DNA of 64,000 bases from Syncephalis fuscata S228. Its lineage: Eukaryota; Fungi; Zoopagomycota. Where the stretch lies: NCBI GenBank assembly GCA_025786725.1, contig JAHLTZ010000004.1, forward strand, positions 558,001-622,000. Direction: 5' to 3'. This document shows positions 36,174 through 48,438 of this stretch, one piece after another. The translations under genes were made by a program, and so were the position numbers. Every line of letters starts with the position of its first letter. Position 1 is the stretch's first letter. The notes below the pieces were generated by a model. The model did not search any database. It saw only the letters and a program-made list of their open reading frames with translations, and was not told the origin of the DNA.

Positions 36174-39096
36174 ATGAGCAATGTCAATGAATTCTCCAAC
36201 GATCCGTCCTCTGCTACTATTAATAACACGGCAACACCTCCGATAAATAGTAGTAGGCCGTCTACAATGGCAGAGACAAGTGGCGAAGAGAATGTAGCGT
36301 CGGTAACACTAGACACTGCACCGGCCGTATCGTCTGCTGCTGTACCTACAGCGCCAGCCTCGCTTATGTCCTCTATACCCGTGTCAAATTTAACTGCACC
36401 ACAGCAGCTGCCACGACGCAGTTCTTCACGTATTGCTGGTAGCCATTTATCGCGTGCCGGCTCTCTTTCCCTCGATACCGCCTTTTCGGTACTTGATGCT
36501 TTTACTCTAGCGCAAACGCTTGACGATAATGAATATAGCAATTATCGACGACAACGAAACCGTTCGAAAAAAGCAACTGGTCAGTCAACTAGTAGTCGTA
36601 GTAGTAGCAGTGGCGGTCGTACCCGACCACGGCCTTCATCAACGGTGGGTACAGCAGACGTGAGTGCAGATCATGGCCCGCAGCTTGAAGGCATGGCAAG
36701 CAATGCGGATAGCCATCGCGGAATAACAGAAGAGCCGACCAACAACGCGCAGGAAGGAGAGGAGGAACAAGGAGGAGTACAACGGAAACGAGTACGCCAT
36801 GAAGAACGGCCGCGTTGGCAGACCCAAACGTACATGCTCGTACAGGCATTGAGGCGAAACCCGCGCGGTGAATGTGCTCGTACCGAATTGATTAAAAGTG
36901 CCATTGAAATTGACGCTGAAGTGGCACGGGAACGTGGATTACCACGTGTATTTCGCGGCAAGGTAAATATTTGTATAGTGGATTACAATAATGTTAACAA
37001 TATAACTATAGACACCAGTCAATAGTGCTAGTGCATGTTTAACTATGAACAAAGATAAAATGTTTATTGCTTTCAAGCCGCCAGGTGCTCGTTCGACACA
37101 TTTCCGTTTAGCATTTGAACCAGGCAACTTTGACTATGCTCGTCAATGCTATCTACGATGGATTGACACGCTTACTCAGCACGACTGGCCTATATGTTTT
37201 GGCAAGTTAAAAGAAACCTCTCGTTGGAAATTAGATACTGTATGGCAACCAAAACACGAATATACATTTGAAGAGCTGGAAAGAAAGAAAGAAGCAGAAG
37301 AACAGCGACAACAACGTGAAAAGGAAGAACAACAAGCAAAAGAACAAGCGGTTATCATAAAGCATATAACCGAGCCTATTAAAGAACAAAATAACTGTCA
37401 TAGTTCCGATATATCAACTATAGCTAATATAGCAGTAACCGATAAACAAGCTAATACAGTAGATGAATGTAATAGCACAGTCAATCCATCTCATGGTATT
37501 GCCACCAATACAACCATTGAACAGCCAAAGAGTAGTCCAATAGTCGATAAATCTATACATGATGATGCACTAAGTTCAGTTACAGCATTAGCATTATTAG
37601 AAATGGCCAATGGTTTAAACACCAGGAGTTATTTAGAGGAATCGTGTAATGGATCCACTAATATAGACAGTAATTTATTGGAAACAACATCTACTACAGA
37701 AGAGGCGGCAAAGACAGAGATAGCCGCTACAGATACGGCTACAACATCCACTACAGCAACATCATCCACGGCTTCCAAATTACAAATACGTCCTATTAAA
37801 TTGTCACCTCGAGAACAACGTGCATGGTCAGAACGAGCATGGGCATTCCGTAATATAGACATCACTTATAATCCAGCACTTCAAGTTATGCCAGCTGCAT
37901 GTGATCCAAGTTACCGTCAATGGACAATACCAAAGTGGAAACAGTCAGTTATTTCAACAACTACTCCATCACCAATGTATCCAGCCAAAACACGAGATGT
38001 ACAATCGTCAAATGAACATAGCGGTATTCAATCAACGATAAATAATGTGGCCAATTCAAGTGAAGACCAATTGAGTGTAGATAATGACGGCGATACAAGT
38101 ATGGCAGGAATAGAGATACCATTTGATAATAACATTATTAATAATACTGTCGAATCTGTCAATTCAATGAATATTGATAACACCGATTCACTAGCCATTT
38201 CTAATCAATCAACGATAGCAACAACAAAAACATTGCCGTCCAATAATACAAATGGTGACACGGCTATCAATACTATCAATTCATCTACTGCTACTAACGA
38301 TACAATCTATAATAAGATGGACACACTAACAAATACTAGAATTACATTAGAGGACATTGAATCAGTTGAACATCCTAATCAACTCTCTGATGTAGTTTAT
38401 GTGGCCGATTCAACTATTCCTAATGCCGGTCGAGGTCTATTTGCTACTCGTCATCTTCCACCCTGGACACCTATTGGATTCTATTTTGGTGTCCCTATGA
38501 CTGAGGATGAATTTGATATGATGAAAGATGGTGTTGGTCTTTCCTCTCATTATTCAATTATGTATCGTCGTACGGTTCTAGATGCCACAGATAATGAAGG
38601 ACAGCCCTGGACAGACCCCGAAGCATTGGCCTCTGGCGGTATGTATTGTCCGTTTCATTTTATGAACGAGGATGTTATGCGTGGTAATGTAGCCTTTCTC
38701 GAAGGGTCTGAAGTAAATCAAGTAATATGTATGACGACAAAACCGGTTCTTAAAGATGAAGAACTATTTGCTTATTATGGAGGAGAAGTAGATCGTCATT
38801 GGGCAAATGCAAATGCAAGTACAACAAATACAGCTACTAAAGAAGAAGAATTTAAAGGAACATTAGAGTCGAATACTATGGCAGAGATGGCTACAGATAA
38901 TCCAGTAGCAATAGCAGACATAGCAACAACAGCAACAGCAACGCCAATAGTATCAACGACACCAATAGTAACTGCCATTCATGAATCAACAAATTCATCT
39001 AGTCTAGTAATAGATCAAAATACTAGTAATAACACTATAATGCGTGAAGAGCCAGTCAATACTATTGACGGATCAGCTATTAACAAGGATAATTAA
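36174..39096 (+). CDS. Protein with N-terminal HARE-HTH-like domain and C-terminal SET domain; intron 36963-37011
   Basis: LVQALR...RTELIKSA...FRGKTPVNSASACLT resembles the GKTP-x2-S HARE-HTH motif. STIPNAGRGLFA, FHFMNE and EELFAYYG mark the SET domain. Confidence 0.8.
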
Positions 39097-39353
39097 GTCA
39101 TTCTACATTTATAATTGATACTATGGATATAGATTGATATTAACACAAAAGAATAGAAATATTCTACATTAGTACTCTAATTTGCTTTATAGCACTATCA
39201 TTAATCATTGATTTTAAATGAATATAATATAAAAGTCATTGCCACATTAATCTATGCACTATTCATTTGTTCTTTGAGTGTTACATTGAAACTATAACTA
39301 TAACCTAATATTTACTATATAATTGTTATAGTAAATGACTTTAAACTAATTTG

Positions 39354-40406
39354 CTAATGATTAACTTGTGCACTGCCTCCTCCACGATAACCACGATAGC
39401 CACCACGACCACCTCGTCCACGTAGTTCACCACCTCTGCCTCTACCACGACTAGACGGATAGGATGACATACGATGGCTATTATTACTTTGATTGTATGA
39501 CCGCTGTCCACCATATCTAGAACGATCTTGATAATTGCCACCTCTACTATGACGCTGATACATACTTGGTGTGGATTGATGGCGTTGTAGGAATTTTGTA
39601 TGGGCCAGTTGTGCTTTATAGGCTATCATGGCCTTGGTGCATCGTTCACGTCGTTTTGCCCATCGCATACGATGTAATTTGCCGGTCGTAATTTTCGTTG
39701 TATTTTTAATTTATCTGCCGCTGTAGTTATAGTAGTGCGACGGTCATATGGTATATGTATCACTTTATGAGTGCAGCTATGACGAGCCCATGGCAACTGT
39801 GCATCACGGACAATTTGATCAGCAGTGACGGCAACAGCCGCAAATCGGTCAGCTAATGCATCAGCACTACGATAATATTAGTCGATATAAGTTAATATGA
39901 ATTGAAATGGTTAAACCTACTCAAACATGGCAGCTTCTCGCTGGTTATGACGTTGAATATCGGGTTCATTGGTCCGTTCAGACAAATCAATGACGCTTAA
40001 CTCGCCAGAAAATAGTGGAAATGCAGCTAAATATTACTATCAATACACTATTTGATATTAATAAACGCCATTTACCTAATGAAGTGTCCATATCCATTGA
40101 TTCGTCCTGTATTGATGTATCTTCATCGCTATTTTGCAATACTGGTTCTGTTTCCCATAGCAATGGCCTGAATTGTTTAGTATAAGCATTCAGTAGAGTA
40201 GGATCGACTTGAGATCCAGTTGAGGAATGAGTAGCAGTTGCTGTATCGTCGGCATCGCCAAATAGATCACAGCGATTAACTATAACGCCGCCCCGAGGTA
40301 CTGCAGACGGTACAGGTCGTCGTCCCTGAGCAGCATTAGTAGCTAATTTCGCTGCTATACTTGCTTGTTCAGACGCAATCGTAGAATTGAGTCGAGTAAA
40401 AGACAT
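39354..40406 (-). CDS. Conserved fungal protein, DUF2011-like, with RGG-rich tail; frameshift near 39684
   Basis: Three exons with AFPLFS, RFAAVAVTADQI...LPW...KVIHI, RPGK and a C-terminal RGG run. Confidence 0.6.
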
Positions 40407-40553
40407 GATATTAATATTATAGAATCTAGTGTTAATCAACTTTTCGTTTAATCAATCATTATTCATTTGTTCTTGTGACCCATCTCGTGATCATTGCAAC
40501 TAAGATGATTAATAAAATCAGTATTAAATTAGTAGTGATAGGAATACTTAGCA

Positions 40554-40584
<31 letters not shown>

Positions 40585-41170
40585 CATATACGCACACAGA
40601 TACACATATTAATACACATAAATCATTAGCCAGTGGCTGTGCCATGATTATACAGTTGTTTCTATGGATAACGGAGATTCCTCTTTTAATTTTGCTACAA
40701 GCCACGAGTGCAGCCATACATGCAGGGAGGAAAAGATAACACGATGACTGGAATACTCCGGCCAAGAAGAACAAAAGAGAGAGAAGCGGCGGCAGCGGTG
40801 ACGGCAGAGTATGGAATCACTGCGTAGTAGTGATAGTAGAGAAAGGAACGGTGAATAAAAGGGAATTTAAAGAAGAGTGAGGCAGTCCGAGTATACAAGC
40901 AACAATATAACTATATCCTACATTAAATGAATGAATGAATAGCTATACTATTGTTTGTATATAAAAAGAAGCGGAAAGAAAAGCGGCCATAGTCATAGTA
41001 TTGCTTAATAGACTATAGAGTAGCCATACTATGATGTGTCCAATCCAATTACCCGTACAATAGAATAGGTCAGTATTATTGCAATCGTAATAATTAGCGC
41101 TCATCCACTCGGTCGGTCGATCGGTCAGCTCTCTCTCCTCTCTCTTTCAATATGGGAGTTGATTGGTTGT

Positions 41171-41651
41171 TTAGATAAGTAGACTTTCGATTTGCGTCTT
41201 GATGGTCAAGATCATTGGACGTAGATCAGATGCATCGTTAGAGGTGATGGAGCAGGCTACTACAGGGCGGGCTACACCGCAGGCACGGCCAAGTGCGGTC
41301 TTTGAAGATACGAAAACGTAAGGGACGTTCTTATCTTCGCACAAGAGTGGCAAGTGCAATAGAATCTCCAATGGTGTCGTATCGGCAGCCATGACAATAA
41401 ACTCGGAAATACCACGATTCAAGGTCTTTGTAGCCTCGTTGGCACCCTTCTTCAATTGCTTGTAGTGAGTGGCCTGCTGGACCAAGTCCATGATCTTGCT
41501 GGTTAGATCGGCATCAGCCAATGGGAAGGCACGTGGATCGACAGGCTAGTAATTGCAATAGTAGCAATAGTAGTAGTAGCAGTAGTAGCAGTAGCAGTAG
41601 AGTTAGTAAGCAAATAAATAGTATATAGTCTATTCAATAAATACATACCAT
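41171..41651 (-). CDS. SNU13: Snu13/15.5K (L7Ae family) K-turn-binding protein; first coding exon is the ATG only
   Basis: PRAFPLAD...[49 protein letters not shown]. Intron 41546-41648. Confidence 0.96.
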
Positions 41652-41829
41652 AATGAATAAAGAAACGGCTGCGTTAATAGAACTAAGAAACGATAGACGA
41701 CAATAGAAAGAAAAAAGTTCGCGCGTAAAAAAAAAGCAAAAAATTTTATTTACTTTGCTGAAAAATAACAGTTTTTACATTATGTGAGAATCGTTAGTTA
41801 TCATTGTTCAACTTTACTAAAATGATCTT

Positions 41830-43002
41830 TTACAATGAAGTATCTCGTGTATGAACATAGGTAACATCAGGTACCTTAACACGTAGATCTTCCTTATGAA
41901 GTCGGATACGGTCAGAGAATTCGTGGTTAGTGTCGCGGTGCATAGCTTCATCGGCACGGATAGCCAGTGTAACATCGCGAATACGTGCATCTGTTGGCAA
42001 ATTCCAGTAGTCAATAGCTATTTGTGGTGCTGGATCATTGGGTATCTGTCCTTTATCGATACATTTAAGCATTTCTGTATAGGATATAATGGCTTCTTCT
42101 TCTAGATAGCCTACAACGCTAAATACTAATATAGTTAGTTGATTATTTGTATAATATTAGCATCAATAGTTACCGATGGGCTGTCTTGGACGATAATATG
42201 TACAATAGAAAGTAAACATTAAAGAATATACCCTATAACGAATTAGTAATAAATCATACTTGTGCTATTATAATGCTTACTTGAACTGCTGTTACAAGTG
42301 CTCGTTCAAGTAAAGTAGGTTCAGTTAGTTTAATCCAAACTTGTAAATGCATTCTAGAGAGTAGCTAGTTAATTTGTAATCAGTTATATCGGATAAAATT
42401 ACCGTTCATTTTCCGCTTCATTTAGTAGATGATGAATCCAGCCGTTATCATTTTCCATACGTCGTAGACTACGTAAGTGGAGAAGTACACCGGCTACCAT
42501 GCCAGGTACAGCGGCTACAGTCTCCAGCTTTATTATTTTATTAATACCAAGCTAATAATAGTGATGCAAATAAACTTACAGTGACAGCTCGATGTAAATA
42601 CTTTTCACGAAAGAAAGCATCGGCAAACATACGTAGAAACTTGACGGTTTTTAAAGCAACATAGTCGGATATATTTTCCGGTTTTCGATGATCATGAACA
42701 CCAATATCAATTTGTTCAAGTTCTTTTGTAGAAAGTGATTTAAGAAACTCGTCACGTACGAGTTCCGGTTTATGGTCTGGCAATCGGTGCTCAAGACTTG
42801 TTTGATAAGCTTGTTGTAGACAAAGAATGGCAGGTTGGAAGCGTACGGTTGTTCGATGTTCCAACATAAAAAGTCGCAACCACTATAAAAGAAGCAGCAG
42901 CAGCAACATAAGCTTAATGTAAATAATAAACATTTAGCATAATGTATAACTTACATGGTTATAGCGGCCAATAGGACGAGCAATTAAACGACTATGAAGC
43001 AT
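41830..43002 (-). CDS. AOX: Mitochondrial alternative oxidase
   Basis: Di-iron motifs [27 protein letters not shown] and [13 protein letters not shown] across spliced exons. Confidence 0.95.
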
Positions 43003-43398
43003 ATTAATAGTAGTCAGCTAGTTAGTTAGTTACGAAAGAATGCAAGAGCAGTTGTTCAGCACAGCAATTGTAAAATTCCCCCTGATATATTAATAGTAAG
43101 GAGGCAGGTGAACAATGTATTTATATCATACAATATTGCAATGATACAATAATTCGTATAATATGGTACATGTCAAATAAAATGTATATTTATTAAAAAT
43201 GCTTACTGGTTAATTACTTATTATCTGCTATAGTGCAAATAGTACAACGGTTACTGATAAATCAGCACTCATTTTAGTAATTAAAATGGTCTATAATTTG
43301 GCTGGTTGTCAGGTTGACATCTTTTTCATATTTCACTACTACGCAACTTCATCTTGCCTTGTTCACATTCCATTGTTCGTCTTGCTTACCCTATTGCT

Positions 43399-44222
43399 AT
43401 GGCTGGAGTAAAAAGTAAGTCTTTATTGATCTACATAGTCGCAATACTTATAAATCTATAATAATAATCCTTTACCATTTAATAGCGTATGTGTTTGTAT
43501 TGACTATAGATTCTCGTAAACCATAGCTTACTAACCGTGTTAATCGCTATGAATAATACCGATAATACTAACGACTAGTATTATTGGCCTAGCCTTTTGT
43601 TTGGCATGCGGTCTTTTACTTATTATCCTATCCTGCGCTCTTTATCAGAATTGGTGGCCAGTTCTTGTTGGTGAGTTGAAAAAAAGGGGAAATATATATT
43701 GATATTATAATAATCATAACAATAATAATGAACACTTGTACTGATAATGTATATGTTATTTAGCGGTAACCTATTGTCTGGCACCATTACCGAATATGCT
43801 ATGTACACGTTATGGCTATAGTGATGATATCTTTGTAGATACACAAATGTAGGTTGATGTATATATATATGTGTGTGTATTTATATAACACATTTAATTA
43901 ACCATGACTATAGGGGATTTGCTGATGCTGGCTACTTCCTTACTTCGGCACTTGTTGTTTCTGGACTGGGTAAGCTATATGATGTATTTATTGGTTAATT
44001 TATATTAACCATCTACTATAATTAAGCAATGCCTATGGTATTGGCCCATGCTGGTGTGGTATGTATAACTACTGGCCTATTTATTATTGATAACAACAAT
44101 TAACACTTAATACGATTTAGATTCATACGGCGGCCATGATTCAAAGTGTTGTTGGCGGCCTATTGGTATATGGGACTATTGTAGCGTACAATCACTTTTT
44201 CGGTCAAGATGATGAATTTTAG
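43399..44222 (+). CDS. VPS55: Vacuolar protein sorting 55 (OB-RGRP family); includes a probable 1-nt exon at 43486
   Basis: MAGVKTIIGLAF...LIILSCALYQNWWP...YCLAPLPN...FLTSALVVSG..MPMVLAHAGVI. Not present in the ORF track because the exons are short. Confidence 0.9.
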
Positions 44223-44543
44223 TCATAGATCTATTTAGTTTGTTATGTTATTTGTGATCTGTGTCTTAAAGAAATAATATGATTATAGTTATGGTGTTTA
44301 TCTGTATTTATTACAACAACTCTACTATTAATGTTAATACGAATGTTATTAATGATTTAGTATGTTTATTTCTAAACATAGACTTGTGATAATAATAGAA
44401 TTGCGTTTGAATGAAGGGGGCAGTATTTTGTTAGTGTCAAAAAGAGTAATTGATAAATGACTATGATATAAAGTGAATTGCTAAATTACTTTAGGGATCA
44501 ATACAATTTTGTTGTAAAAGCGCAGGATACAAGTAAAAAGGTT

Positions 44544-45538
44544 CTAATAATGATTCGATTCAGCTAAACAGATCTCTATCTCTTCCTCGCCATCTCCATC
44601 GCCATCTCCATCGTATTCATGATCAGAGAATGGGCTGTATAAATATGAGCAGGGAAGAGCATCTAACGACAGTGCCGACAACGATGAAGTAAGTTCAGCA
44701 GTTGCCGATAAAGGCATTGATGTCGATGTTGCAACTGGTGAATGGCGGTGATGATGGTGATGATGGCGTCGATGATGTGTTGTTGTTGTTGTTGTTTGTG
44801 GTGTTGTTGATTCTACACTGCACCGAGTTGTGAATGCATTCATAAGTGATGAGAGTCCGTCGTCATGGCCGATATCCATGCTGATAGAATTACCAAAACG
44901 GGTGTCGACAGAAGTATTCCATGTAACGGCAGCCGCTCCATTGCGATCAGATTCACGAAATGTTTCAGTCCATCTAGAGCGTTCTGATAGTGGCAATGCT
45001 TCTAAAAATCGCAAACGGGCTACTAAGCATTCATTGTAAGGCTGTAATTGACGATCTAGTGCATATAATGCTTGTTGTTGAGCCAATGGATCCACACTAT
45101 CGTTGCAAATACTAAGACCTCGACTGCTGGTCACACTATGGTTGCTACTGCCACTCGCCGTCGAGTAGGCTCGTCGTCGTCGTTCAGTATAATCCCTTCG
45201 ACGATCCCGTTTTCTACGTGGTACCGAAAAGGATAGACTATTCACTACAAATCGACGACTTTTTGCCGCCAGCTCTTTATGCGCACGCCGTACAGTAGTG
45301 GATAGATTGCCGGCTCCATTAGAACTAGCCGACGATGATGATCGTGATAACGAACGTGATGATAAGGAGGGTGACATTGGTATAGGCGTATCTGGGCGAG
45401 GATGTTTCCAACGTTTCGTGAATCGGTACCCCCACTGGCATGGACGTTCTGTTGTTGGTCCATCCATCATCCTTGTCGTTTGCGGATATAGGACGGCATA
45501 AAGTGTTCATGAAAAGAGGAAAACGCGTCGATATTCAT
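44544..45538 (-). CDS. Hypothetical Ser/Arg-rich protein; probable frameshift near 45471
   Basis: 308-aa ORF. An upstream in-register segment MNIDAFSSF... joins it if one base is added. No family recognised. Confidence 0.6.
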
Positions 45539-48438
45539 GGCAGTCGGCGTCGTGTTAGTTATAACAGGAGTAGTCGAAGTATGAATTATAGTGCGTGTGT
45601 GACCACCACCACCACCTCTACTACTATTACTGCTACTATTATATCGTCGTCGCATCGTTTATTTATGAGACCGCTGTGAATGAAAAGAGTAAAACAATAA
45701 AAAAAACCAATTCCACGTATATAGTGTGTGGGTATAAGTAAAGGCAAGCGTGTTTGACTAGAGATCAGTGGTGCGTATTTCTCTGGTCAGTGTATACAGA
45801 ATTGGAAAAGTAGATTGTAGAAAAAAGAAAGCTTGGGCAAAGAAAAAAGCAAAGGTGTGTACAGAGGATGAATACGGTAACGCGATACAATATGAATAGC
45901 TCCGCTTCACCGTCCTGTGACAACTTCTGTCATTCGTATTACTGTGACGCTCTCTCTCTCTGTGTGTGTGTTGATATACACTCAATAGCTGCATTAAAGC
46001 AGTATCATTACATAGTAGTAATAACTGATTAATATGTATCTGTTTCATACAAATACTATTATCACCTGACATTTATATGACGTCAATATAGCCATGTTAT
46101 GATGGCATGGCGATATTTATCAGTTACTAACAATAATATTAATAGTAATGAGCACAAGATAGGCCTTCCATGTTTGGTAGTGATTTATTATAATAGCGGA
46201 GAATGAAACTAAAATGTAGCTCAATTCGGACTAGTAAAAGTTGTATTTAACGGGGCCATGGTTCTACAATTAATGTAGGCCTTTAGATGAAATAAAATAG
46301 AATAGTCATAGCTTTAGCAATAGTAGTCATAATAGTAATATTAGCCATAACAGTAATAGTTACCAGAGCCAGTTTAGCATGATAGCCATAGTTTGTTCTA
46401 ACTATAGGATTTAAGGCCTAATAGCAAAGTACTTTTAGTTATTATGACACAAAGTTTTAATGTATTTATATTAGCGCAAATACTAGCTTATCTAGCACAT
46501 GATCTCACCCACCACACACGCACACAATCATAAAAGGTTCTTTTTAACTTTCTATTGTAAGCTATCACTATAAACTAATGAGGGGATGGAAGGTAAAATG
46601 GGGCCGATGCCGCTTATAGACCAAGCATGAGCATGTCGTTCCATAGTCTCGTGGGGTGAAGATATTTGACTGATCGTCGTTGACCATGTGCACGGCTAAC
46701 TAACCAGTATTAAAACCAATCATGAACCAAATAGTGTTACACCGGGACAGTCAATTTTGAACTATAAGCACGCGCTTGTCTTACATGTAGAGCCATGCGG
46801 AAGGGTATCGTGTGGCTTGATGACCATCTGACCGCTGGCTTGCCTATGAGCAAAAAGAGGAAAGTGGGTGGGACCGCGTGGGGAGCCAAGCGATTTTAAT
46901 TTATTCGGCAGTAAATATATATATAATCTATAGAAAGAAAATCTGTAGTACGATAATTTTATTTATCTTTTCCCTGATTACCATTTCTTCGTATTTTAGT
47001 ATTTCACGCTTCGTCAACTCTGTTCTTCGTGTATTGGTATTACGTCTATAATACCATTACCACTACTGTCTATCGTCATTACATTGTCATAGTCATCATC
47101 GTCATCATTGTCATAGTCCTTTTTATTTCGTAATACTACGTGTACTCTTGCCACATTACGATTAATTATCTAATATAATCATCGTATAGTTACATATTAT
47201 ACGTTATCTATAGTTCTATTTAAAGCACTATTTAATCCTTTATCTAGTGTCTATTAGACTGAACCCATACGTGGCAATAGTAAAGAGCTGTTTTAATAAA
47301 CAAATAACACCCTTTTATTTGTTCTTTTGAATTAAACATTCAAATCGCACTTATTAAAACCACAATAAACAATAACAACTCCTATAATACCTGTAATAGC
47401 TACGCCCTTAAAGGTAAGTTAGTAGAATGATAGACCTTGTCCTCTTGCATAGCCCACGCTACGCTGCATGGCAAACAAGTTGGTTAAGGGAATTATATCA
47501 AGCCAAGCCTTGAATTCTTGCCATTGACGCCTTTGTCTTATTAGATCACATATCCCGTTTGGTTATAACCGGCAAATTGGCAGATTAATCGACTGTTTAA
47601 AGTTATTTTGTTGTTTGCCGCTTTCTTCGCCGCTTATTAAACATAATTATTGAATTAAAAGGTAAGAGAATATCCATAACTATGAAACAAACTGGCGAAC
47701 CTATCAAATGAACCCCCTGTTGCGGATATTGAATAGCTGCAATTTATTTCCTCCTTAAGACTTGATACCTCCGATACTTAACAATTCAATCACCGCTTAT
47801 ATTGTAGGCTTTCCTTTTTCAGTTTAACTTCTTCTTTGCTTACCTCTCTTCTCCGTTTGTCTGCCTGTCTCTGTCTCTCCTGCGTGTGTGTGTGTTTATG
47901 TACGTGGACATTGCTTTATTACGCTTGTCTTCTTGCATTCATCGCTTAAGCCTTATCAACGCAAATTTTCCTATTGGCGTACATTCTTTGTACAAGCCTA
48001 TTGTGTCATCTACTTAATACAGAAAGAACAAAAGGCTATATAGTTGTAGTGCAAACGTTCAAACAAACACCAACTCAGGGTTTATTTGACGTCAATCTTA
48101 GTCTCCGACGCGGGCGTGTTTCACTTACTCGTGTTTAGCAATTATATTTATTCTTATCGCGCCTGCTCCATAAAGCGCAAGCTATTTTTGCTTGACCTCT
48201 TCTCATCAAAAAACGCTTTGCATCTCTTTTTAAAAACACTCTTACATTTGGTGGCCAGTTCCGCACATACAGCTGCTTATTTGCACTTTTACTTTTTCGC
48301 TTCTCCTCATTAACGTTTCAGCTTTTTCTTTGTTTTATTCGGCCAGTACCTGCAAGGGTAAATACTCTTAGCATAGTGTAAGCTACTACTTTAGTGCCAC
48401 TTTCAGTTTTCGTTCTATACCGCCAAGATCTAACGACC

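Noticed and set aside
46641-46653. CCATAGTCTCGTG resembling the 5' end of yeast snR30 as I recall it
   Set aside because: The conserved snR30/U17 m1 and m2 motifs and H/ACA architecture are absent, so this is a chance match.
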